Of a stretch of 27,731 nt of DNA, positions 7,962-15,062 are shown one piece after another (position 1 is the first letter of the stretch; each line of letters starts with the position of its first letter). The stretch comes from a virus (lineage: Duplodnaviria; Caudoviricetes). The position numbers were made by a program, and so were the translations under genes. The DNA lies in the IMG/VR virus record IMGVR_UViG_3300020439_000054, positions 1 through 27,731 of that record. One strand, 5' to 3'. Under the pieces are notes generated by a model. The model had not been told where the DNA came from. It did not search any database and saw only the letters and a list, made by a program, of their open reading frames with translations.

Positions 7962-8360
7962 ATGAAACCTAGAATAGAAGAAGTCTTGTACTCACAATAC
8001 GAAGTTAGAGACGGTAACTGTATGGGCATCAAGGACATATTTCAATGTAATATAGATTTTACAATAGACATTGACAACATTGTAGCTGTTGAAATGATGT
8101 GGGAAAGATATCACAACAATACAATATGGTGTTATTTGGGAGTACCAAAGACACAAGATGAAATAGTAAATGATGGTATGCTTGGATTAAGAAATTATGA
8201 TAGTAAGTATAAACCTTATGGTCCTTACATGAGAGTTAATGTGGATTTGTTTAGAAAAGCATTGTATTATGAGAGGAATGACATACCATATGAAGTATAC
8301 TTGAAACTAGCAAGAAAGTATATACATGTAAAGATAAGAACGAGGTGTCTAGATGGATGA
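7962..8360 (+). CDS. Hypothetical protein (132 aa)
   Basis: AAGGAGG RBS. Confidence 0.8.
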   Translation: MKPRIEEVLYSQYEVRDGNCMGIKDIFQCNIDFTIDIDNIVAVEMMWERYHNNTIWCYLGVPKTQDEIVNDGMLGLRNYDSKYKPYGPYMRVNVDLFRKALYYERNDIPYEVYLKLARKYIHVKIRTRCLDG

Positions 8361-8547
8361 AGTAATAAAACCAAGGTCAAAAGCTATGACTAGTAAGCAA
8401 AGAGAAGATATGAGAATAGAGTTTCATAAAAGATATGGAGCTTGGTACTATTTTAACTACAAAAAGTATAGTACATTCAGAGCTTCTAGCAAAACTTGGA
8501 TAGAAAAGTTTGACAAACAGAGTAATCGTGATAAACAAGGATGGTGA
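8353..8547 (+). CDS. Hypothetical protein (64 aa)
   Basis: GAGGT RBS; overlaps the upstream stop. Confidence 0.7.
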   Translation: MDEVIKPRSKAMTSKQREDMRIEFHKRYGAWYYFNYKKYSTFRASSKTWIEKFDKQSNRDKQGW

Positions 8548-8548
8548 A

Positions 8549-8710
8549 ATGAAAGAAAGAAAAGTAATATCAGTAAGTAACAGAAAAGGTACAATGATGG
8601 TAATAGATGTCGAGACAATACCAAATAAGAAGAACAGGTTAGGTAAACCCTACAAAGTTTCTACTACAAAGCATGTCAAGATAGATAAATCATTATTGAA
8701 AGGAGAGTAA
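8549..8710 (+). CDS. Small basic hypothetical protein (53 aa)
   Basis: ATG 8549 immediately after the previous stop is preferred over TTG 8510. Confidence 0.6.
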   Translation: MKERKVISVSNRKGTMMVIDVETIPNKKNRLGKPYKVSTTKHVKIDKSLLKGE

Positions 8711-8712
8711 CT

Positions 8713-8853
8713 ATGTTTTATGATGTAGATCAAGATGTGCTGTACTACACGTGTCTTACAGCAACAGAACTACTTTTCTTTATGGTTTGTATTATAGTAT
8801 TATACGAAGCAGTAAAATATATTGTAAGGTTGGTACGTAATGGAAACAAATAA
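8713..8853 (+). CDS. Small single-pass membrane protein (46 aa)
   Basis: Translated by hand: MFYDVDQDVLYYTCLTATELLFFMVCIIVLYEAVKYIVRLVRNGNK; AAGGAG RBS. Confidence 0.65.
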   Translation: MFYDVDQDVLYYTCLTATELLFFMVCIIVLYEAVKYIVRLVRNGNK

Positions 8854-9253
8854 TAAAGAAATACTCAGACGATTTGATGAAGAGATGACTTGGGCTGGAG
8901 AACAGCTTGAAGCATGTAAAGATATAGAATCGTTTGAATTAAGAACTGCAATAGTTGAGAAAGTTTTGACTATTGCACAAGAGAGATTGGAAAATGGTGC
9001 AGATAAATATGAACGTCAAGTTCCAATAACTTTGCAAGAGTGTATAGATGTAAATCGAAACAACCTTGCAGAATCAATAGAAGAAGTAATAGATGGTTTG
9101 ATATATGTAATAGCTGAGACTATTTTACAAACTCAACTTACAGATGACATAACATCTAGTTACTTGAAGAAAGCTAAGGCATATCAGTTTTACAGCTTGT
9201 ATTTTTTGATGATAGCTGATATGCAAGATCAAAAAGGAAAAGAAAATGAGTGA
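8840..9253 (+). CDS. All-alpha protein, possibly NTP pyrophosphohydrolase (MazG-like superfamily)
   Basis: RLENGADKY...ESIEEVIDGLIY resembles the G-x-x-K-Y / E-x-x-E-E-x-x-D pattern of phage all-alpha pyrophosphatases. Confidence 0.45.
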   Translation: METNNKEILRRFDEEMTWAGEQLEACKDIESFELRTAIVEKVLTIAQERLENGADKYERQVPITLQECIDVNRNNLAESIEEVIDGLIYVIAETILQTQLTDDITSSYLKKAKAYQFYSLYFLMIADMQDQKGKENE

Positions 9254-9551
9254 TCAATCAACACGCTCGTTTACTGGCGTGAGATATAAAGTAAACAGTT
9301 CAGATTGGGTAGTAGATAACTCCGATGCTGTTAATAGATGTGTGACAGTTAGAGATTTGTTTGACTATCTTCAAACAGCAGATAGAGCTAACTACGATCT
9401 TATAGACAGAGATAGTTCTGTTGTAAGAATGAATATGAACAAAGTTAATTTCAATGCGGAGTTAACTGCAATAAGGCCTAACGATAGTGATGGCGATGGT
9501 CAGCTAGCATATGTTGCTTTCAATAAGCAGTCTATGAAGGGTGGTCAGTAA
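9246..9551 (+). CDS. Ubiquitin-like (beta-grasp, ThiS/MoaD-type) protein ending KGG-Q
   Basis: TVRDLFDYL helix, VVRMN strand, terminal AYVAF strand, di-glycine plus one extra residue; first gene before E2-JAB-E1; AAGGA RBS; TAA TAA TAA stops. Confidence 0.75.
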   Translation: MSDQSTRSFTGVRYKVNSSDWVVDNSDAVNRCVTVRDLFDYLQTADRANYDLIDRDSSVVRMNMNKVNFNAELTAIRPNDSDGDGQLAYVAFNKQSMKGGQ

Positions 9552-9559
9552 TAATAACC

Positions 9560-9583
9560 GAGGGGTGACTTATGTTGCCCCTC
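9560..9583 (+). other. GC-rich hairpin between Ubl and E2 genes
   Basis: GAGGGGTGAC-ttat-GTTGCCCCTC, 10 bp with 2 G-U pairs; no U tract. Confidence 0.7.
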
Positions 9584-9601
9584 AATACCTTAGGAGGATA
9601 A

Positions 9602-11476
9602 ATGTCGTGGATTAAGGAAAGTTGGGATGATATTGACATAGATATCAATAGCATCGCACAGGAAATAATAGTGGGTCCATCAAATAGAGTCGCAAGAGCT
9701 ATGATGGAATTGAATAACAGATACATTACTTGTAACTACATGTCAGGTAATAGAAGTATGTTAGAACCACTAAAGCCAGTAGGTTTTACAAGAACTTACA
9801 GGTGGTCACCAGGGTACCAAGATATTATCAAAGAATGTATAACCGAAAGAATTATGCAGATAGATAAGAAAGGTACTCTAACAACAATGTTCAATAGAAT
9901 GGGTAACAACGAATGGAACTTAAGGAACTTCAAAGAAAGAGTTCTTACAATAGATGATATGCTAAAAGATTTAAGGTCCCGAAATGTTACAACAGACTCA
10001 GATCTTGAGATAGCTTCAGAAAATTTACAAGCTATCTTTGACAAACTAAATCAGAAAGCTAATGAAGCTGACTTAATATTTGGTTTGAGAGATGACATTG
10101 AACATAAAATATCTTTCGAGTATTACAACGACGATAAGTATGAAGATATAAGTGATGAACAAAGAGAACTATTAAGGTTTCTTACTGGTAAAGTTAGATT
10201 ACAATTACACTACAAGAATCCAAAGATAGAATTACATATGAGTAGATTAAATGGTAGAGAAGTAAACAAAAGCTATGGTCAATTTAGATTGGCACAAGAT
10301 TTGTATATGACATTCTCACTACCTTTCTATCCTTTGTTTCAATCTTTGTTTACAGCTAACTTTGAAAGTCTGAACTGGAGAGATTTACATCAAGACTATA
10401 GAGCTAGAAATACAATATCTACTTATCTAACAAGAGCAGATATGCCAAGCAATGTTGCAGCTACTAACTTTAGTACAGATAGAGCTATTCAAGCATGGTG
10501 CGGTGGTAAAGATGCAGGACTTAGATCTCATCCTTACATTGGTAATGGTTCAAGTATTTACGAGTACAATGATGATGGTAGTTCTTTTACTGACTTTGGA
10601 GTTAGATATCAAGCACATCATGTATGTTTTGGTACTATGGATGATTCAATAAGAGATGCTTTTACAAAGCTAGACTTTGTAGAACTAATTAGTTTGATAG
10701 AAGATTGGAATAGATGGGATATATATGATACAAATCCACTTAACAATATATCTTACTGCATTAGAACATTACCAGCAAAAGATGTTGATGCTAGTTTCAT
10801 TACAGATTCAGGCAACTTTAATGCTGAGTTAGTACATCAGAATCTTATGAATGATATGCATGGAGATTATCGCCAGTTACGTGACAATAGTTACTTTGGA
10901 CGACCTAGAATAGAATACAATGACCATTCTATGGATTATGGGTATAGTCAAAATGTTAGTAGTATACATAATGCTTTAGATGATTATGCAAATCCTAAAG
11001 AACATACAGACTATAGTTCTGTTCCATATTATGGTTGGAACTTCTCTCATCATTGGTGGACTCCAAACAAAGAGATGATTCGTAGAACTTCATTACCATG
11101 TCTTGATATAGGCATGTTAGATTACAATGACTATGTTGATGAAGAAGGTAATAAAGTTGAAGATGAACATTGGGTAGTAACTGAAAAGATGGTAACTGTT
11201 CATATGGAGTACATTTATGCAAACATATCTAGGGTAGTACACATACTAGATGAAGATGAATGTATTACAAGAGACTATGGCTATTACAAACAAATGAAAG
11301 ATGTTATTGACTATGTAGAAAATGGTTGTATAACAAGCTTTGATTTAGATGTAAAAGAAAGTATAGCAGAACAAACAGAGCTTGAACAAATAGAAGCTGA
11401 AGATGAACACTATGATTACTTGTATTACCAACAACAAATGGATGATGCAATAGAAAGAGAGTTTGACAATGAGTAA
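9602..11476 (+). CDS. Multidomain protein with prokaryotic E2 (UBC-like) domain
   Basis: HPYI (H310) followed by HVCFG (C342) and amphipathic helices; AGGAGG RBS; lies between Ubl and JAB genes. Confidence 0.65.
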   Translation: MSWIKESWDDIDIDINSIAQEIIVGPSNRVARAMMELNNRYITCNYMSGNRSMLEPLKPVGFTRTYRWSPGYQDIIKECITERIMQIDKKGTLTTMFNRMGNNEWNLRNFKERVLTIDDMLKDLRSRNVTTDSDLEIASENLQAIFDKLNQKANEADLIFGLRDDIEHKISFEYYNDDKYEDISDEQRELLRFLTGKVRLQLHYKNPKIELHMSRLNGREVNKSYGQFRLAQDLYMTFSLPFYPLFQSLFTANFESLNWRDLHQDYRARNTISTYLTRADMPSNVAATNFSTDRAIQAWCGGKDAGLRSHPYIGNGSSIYEYNDDGSSFTDFGVRYQAHHVCFGTMDDSIRDAFTKLDFVELISLIEDWNRWDIYDTNPLNNISYCIRTLPAKDVDASFITDSGNFNAELVHQNLMNDMHGDYRQLRDNSYFGRPRIEYNDHSMDYGYSQNVSSIHNALDDYANPKEHTDYSSVPYYGWNFSHHWWTPNKEMIRRTSLPCLDIGMLDYNDYVDEEGNKVEDEHWVVTEKMVTVHMEYIYANISRVVHILDEDECITRDYGYYKQMKDVIDYVENGCITSFDLDVKESIAEQTELEQIEAEDEHYDYLYYQQQMDDAIEREFDNE

Positions 11477-12371
11477 GTTCGTAATGAATAAAGATGATTG
11501 GGATAAAATACATGAGTATTGTAAGTATGCATACGATAAGTATTCATCAGAAATTGGTGGATACTTAACTGTATCATATGAAAATGATAAGTTTGTATTT
11601 CATAGTCCAGTCATATTAGAGCAAGAAATATCAGGTGGCAATACTGAGATTACAGCAGAAGCACTAACAGAATACTATATGAAAGTAGATATAGAAAATA
11701 CTGGTAAACCATATTGGTTATGTTGGTGGCATAGTCATCATACTATGGGTGTATTTTGGTCAGCTACTGATGATGCAGCAATAGCATCACAAGAGTGTAA
11801 CAACTATACATTTGCTCTTGTAACTAACTTGAAAAGAGAACAGATCTTAAGAGTTAGTGATTGGAAAACTGGTATACAAACAGATACTAAAGTAGAAATA
11901 CTAGGTGATAAGTTTGAAATATCAGATGAAACAAAGAAAGAAGTGGATACACTTTGCAAAGAAGAGAAACTTGTAATCAAAAAAGTAAATTCTCCTATCG
12001 TAAATAGAAGTGTTTATTACAATGATTATAGTGGCTGGGGAAGTCAAGTATCTCTTTGGAAAGATCAAGTTGATCAAGAGAAAGTAGACTTAGAAGCAGA
12101 CATTGATAACATATTAATTGATTATCAATCTGATGATGACTACGAAGCATGTAGAAAAAAGTTTGCTAATCTCAATAGAAAACAAGGTCATAAAAAAAGT
12201 GAACTAAGAGTTGCTTTACTAGATAAGAAAATACTCGATAAAGTTATAAACTCTGCACTAGCAGAAGAGTACATATATCCTAAGGGTACACAACATAACG
12301 TAGAAAACATGATAGCAAACGCAGAGTTAGACGATGTGTTCAATGCTAGTTTTGAAAGGAGCTCGAAATGA
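11469..12371 (+). CDS. JAB/MPN+ (JAMM) metallo-isopeptidase
   Basis: EIGG glutamate and exact H-x-H-x7-S-x2-D motif (WWHSHHTMGVFWSATDD); C-terminal extension; ATG 11469 preferred over TTG 11463. Confidence 0.9.
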   Translation: MSKFVMNKDDWDKIHEYCKYAYDKYSSEIGGYLTVSYENDKFVFHSPVILEQEISGGNTEITAEALTEYYMKVDIENTGKPYWLCWWHSHHTMGVFWSATDDAAIASQECNNYTFALVTNLKREQILRVSDWKTGIQTDTKVEILGDKFEISDETKKEVDTLCKEEKLVIKKVNSPIVNRSVYYNDYSGWGSQVSLWKDQVDQEKVDLEADIDNILIDYQSDDDYEACRKKFANLNRKQGHKKSELRVALLDKKILDKVINSALAEEYIYPKGTQHNVENMIANAELDDVFNASFERSSK

Positions 12372-13021
12372 ATGAAAGATATTCAGGGTTAGTTAATAAC
12401 TTTAATACTTACGCATATCATTTCTTAGGTTGCGGTGCTATTGGTAGTGCCGCAGCTGTAACTATGGCTAAGATGGGTGCAAATATAATACATTTGTATG
12501 ACATGGACATAGTAGAAAGTCCTAACATAGGTGTTTCAATTTATGATAGGAACGATTTGAATAAGCAAAAAGTAATTGCATTGAGAGATAGATTGTTAGC
12601 AATCAATCCAAGAATAGATGTTGTTACTCATCACGGTGAGTTTCAAAACATTTATGAAGAACATAATAACATTGTTATTTTGGGGTTTGATTCTATGAAA
12701 TCTAGGTTAGATGCAGTTACTAATATACTACAAACGGTATCACCAGATATCTTAATTGATGGTCGTATGGGTGCAGAACATTATCAACAGTATACATTTA
12801 AGAAACCAACGCTTACGAAATATAAAGCAACTTGGTATGATGATGATACAGCTGATGATGAACCATGTAATGCTAAAGCTACAAGTTATTGTAGTAGTAT
12901 GAGTGGTAGTTTCATATGTAATAGTGTGAAACAAATCTTGAAAAATGAACCATATCTAGAAGATATTACTTTCAATTTTCAGCATATGTCATTAGATTCT
13001 AATGATGGTTTTGTAGGTTAA
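12368..13021 (+). CDS. ThiF/MoeB-family E1 adenylyltransferase
   Basis: GCGAIGS nucleotide loop, DMDIVESPNI, KQKV, GFDSMKSR, IDGRMG, candidate catalytic Cys in EPCNAK; ATGA overlap with JAB. Confidence 0.92.
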   Translation: MNERYSGLVNNFNTYAYHFLGCGAIGSAAAVTMAKMGANIIHLYDMDIVESPNIGVSIYDRNDLNKQKVIALRDRLLAINPRIDVVTHHGEFQNIYEEHNNIVILGFDSMKSRLDAVTNILQTVSPDILIDGRMGAEHYQQYTFKKPTLTKYKATWYDDDTADDEPCNAKATSYCSSMSGSFICNSVKQILKNEPYLEDITFNFQHMSLDSNDGFVG

Positions 13022-13027
13022 CAAACT

Positions 13028-13083
13028 GGTGTGGCGGCTATATACCTCTCTCTCAGATCCACTATCTCATGGGTCGCCACATC
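13028..13083 (+). other. 12-bp stem with large pyrimidine-rich loop after E1
   Basis: GGTGTGGCGGCT 13028-13039 / GGTCGCCACATC 13072-13083 (with G-U pairs). Confidence 0.6.
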
Positions 13084-13102
13084 TATACACGAAAGGAAAG
13101 TT

Positions 13103-13387
13103 ATGTCAAAGAAACAAGACACAACATGGTCAATAAAACACGAGGGTAAGTTAAATCCTAATAATATCATCTTCACTAATAAGTATAAAGAACTATCACA
13201 AAAACTTAAAGAAGTTGATGATTCAATAAAAGTAATACACAATGAAGATCCAGGACTGTTAGTATGTACAGTATGTAACACAGGTTCAAATCCAACAGGA
13301 GAAGCTGATGAGTTTGGAGATATATGGGTAGCATATTGTCAAGGTTGTGGTGATTATGGTGAATTTGTTTACGAAAAAGACTTGTAA
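13103..13387 (+). CDS. Zinc-ribbon protein (94 aa)
   Basis: CTVC...CQGC; GAAAGGA RBS before ATG 13103; the track's GTG 13031 lies in a hairpin. Confidence 0.7.
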   Translation: MSKKQDTTWSIKHEGKLNPNNIIFTNKYKELSQKLKEVDDSIKVIHNEDPGLLVCTVCNTGSNPTGEADEFGDIWVAYCQGCGDYGEFVYEKDL

Positions 13388-13410
13388 AATTCAATACTTA
13401 GGAGTATATT
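13382..13410 (+). promoter_or_regulatory. Sigma70-type promoter for replication module
   Basis: TTGTAA (13382-13387), 17 nt, TATATT (13405-13410); flanked by inverted repeat CTTGTAA/TTACAAG. Confidence 0.55.
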
Positions 13411-13455
13411 ACAAGGCTCAATAGAGCGTAATAATAATAAGAAACGAAAGGTAAT

Positions 13456-14046
13456 TTGAATATGAAGTTCAAAGGTAAAGAATATACTGAAGTAAAAGAT
13501 CGTATCGATGCATTCTTGTCTGATTACCCTGAAGCTACAATAGAAACAACATTAGTTTCAGTTAACAATATAACAGATACACCAACAGGTGAACGATGCA
13601 ACGAATACTTAGTATCTGCTACAGTATTCCCTTCAAAAGAAAACAATCCAGATCAATACTATACAGGTCATGCAGCTGAACGTGACAATACTGGATTTGT
13701 TAACAAGACATCAGCACTAGAAAATTGTGAAACATCAGCAGTTGGTAGAGCATTAGCCTTTGCTGGATATGGTGGTGGATACGCAATAGCTTCAAAAGAA
13801 GAAGTAGATAATGCAAAAGCTGCACAAAAGAAATCTCATGTAACAGTAAAAATGTTAGAAGAGTTAGATGCTAGTTTTAAGAAAGCTACACCATACTTAG
13901 ATGAAGCAATGATTAAAAGATATAATGAACAGCGTACTGCTGGACATTTTGATACTAAGCTCAGAGTCAATGCTACAATGCAATACTTTAGTCAAATGAT
14001 TAAGGAGGGCAAGAATGTCACAGAAGACAAAAAGAATGCCAAGTGA
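13456..14046 (+). CDS. Probable ssDNA-annealing recombinase (Rad52/Sak-like)
   Basis: KEYTEVKDRI...TGHA...SALENCETSAVGRALA pattern; near SSB and primase-helicase; start may be ATG 13462. Confidence 0.6.
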   Translation: MNMKFKGKEYTEVKDRIDAFLSDYPEATIETTLVSVNNITDTPTGERCNEYLVSATVFPSKENNPDQYYTGHAAERDNTGFVNKTSALENCETSAVGRALAFAGYGGGYAIASKEEVDNAKAAQKKSHVTVKMLEELDASFKKATPYLDEAMIKRYNEQRTAGHFDTKLRVNATMQYFSQMIKEGKNVTEDKKNAK

Positions 14047-14272
14047 GCATAGAATATCTGGTTTAGAAGAAGGAGATATTCAAACTATTACTAACGATTT
14101 TGGTGATTTTGTATTACTAAGATTACCATTCAATGGTGGTGAGTATGGATATAACCTTATTGACACAACAAGAGCTGTAGTTGCATTGCAAACACATTGT
14201 GAATCTCATAATGAAATGATGCGTGATGCTATTGCAGATAAGACTAACGATTACATGGAGGATAGTAAGTAA
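14015..14272 (+). CDS. Hypothetical protein (85 aa)
   Basis: AAGGAGG RBS; stop overlaps the next ATG (TAATG). Confidence 0.75.
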   Translation: MSQKTKRMPSEHRISGLEEGDIQTITNDFGDFVLLRLPFNGGEYGYNLIDTTRAVVALQTHCESHNEMMRDAIADKTNDYMEDSK

Positions 14273-14811
14273 TGGCAATTACAGGTACTAAATACAAAAA
14301 CAGTAGTAAAAACATTCGTAATTACTTTGTGAATGATACTACAATAACTGATGTTCAAGTAATGGATTCTCAATACACAGACATGAGTTTAAAGTTACAA
14401 TTAACAGATGATAACAATGGATATACATACACTTGTTTCGTAAATCAAAACTTTGAGAAAGATACAAACGGTGTAGTTACTGGTATGGCTTATCCAGATG
14501 ATTTGAATACGTTATTTGTAGCAGCAAAATGTGATCTAAACGTAAGTGATGCTGGTATTCTAGATACTAAATCATTAGAATCTTTAATGGATAAAAAGAT
14601 ATCTTGCATTAGTTACAAATCAACAGGTAAATACAAACGTAATACTTGGGGAGTTGTATCTAGTCCAGATAATAAAGAACAATTAGAATCTAGATTTAAC
14701 CAACAGCTTACAAAAGGTTATCCTAAAGACTATGATAAGTCTACATCCGAAACTGAAGTAACAGTTGAAACAGCTAAGGAAACTTTCCAAGGTGAGGAAG
14801 TACCATTTTAA
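14272..14811 (+). CDS. Probable single-stranded DNA-binding protein
   Basis: Beta-rich body with acidic tail ending EEVPF; replication context. Confidence 0.65.
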   Translation: MAITGTKYKNSSKNIRNYFVNDTTITDVQVMDSQYTDMSLKLQLTDDNNGYTYTCFVNQNFEKDTNGVVTGMAYPDDLNTLFVAAKCDLNVSDAGILDTKSLESLMDKKISCISYKSTGKYKRNTWGVVSSPDNKEQLESRFNQQLTKGYPKDYDKSTSETEVTVETAKETFQGEEVPF

Positions 14812-15062
14812 TGACAGCTGAAGAAATAGTAATTGCATGGATAAAAAGCATCAAGAATAAAAATGATGTATTTTATAGTTATGATTTGGAAGGTGCATTA
14901 CCATTGTATGGTAGGTTAGCACACCAAAAATTACACACTGCAAGTACTTATGCTAGGGCATTTAGAAAGATACGTGAAAGTAATACTTTAAAAGCACATG
15001 GCATAACATTAGAAGAGGTTGAACATAAAAGTGGGAAAGTAAAAGGATGGAAAATAGGATAA
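14811..15062 (+). CDS. Small protein, possibly winged-helix DNA-binding
   Basis: 83 aa; TASTYARAFRKIRE helix followed by a beta-hairpin-like end; TAATG coupling. Confidence 0.5.
   Translation: MTAEEIVIAWIKSIKNKNDVFYSYDLEGALPLYGRLAHQKLHTASTYARAFRKIRESNTLKAHGITLEEVEHKSGKVKGWKIG

Noticed and set aside
9246-9551. Pup (pupylation tag), because of the C-terminal GGQ
   Set aside because: Pup is short and disordered and needs PafA/Dop; this protein has a beta-grasp pattern and sits beside E1, E2 and JAB genes
12368-13021. Thiamine or molybdopterin biosynthesis auxiliary gene
   Set aside because: No thiG, moaE or sulfurtransferase in the window; E2 and JAB neighbours point to conjugation
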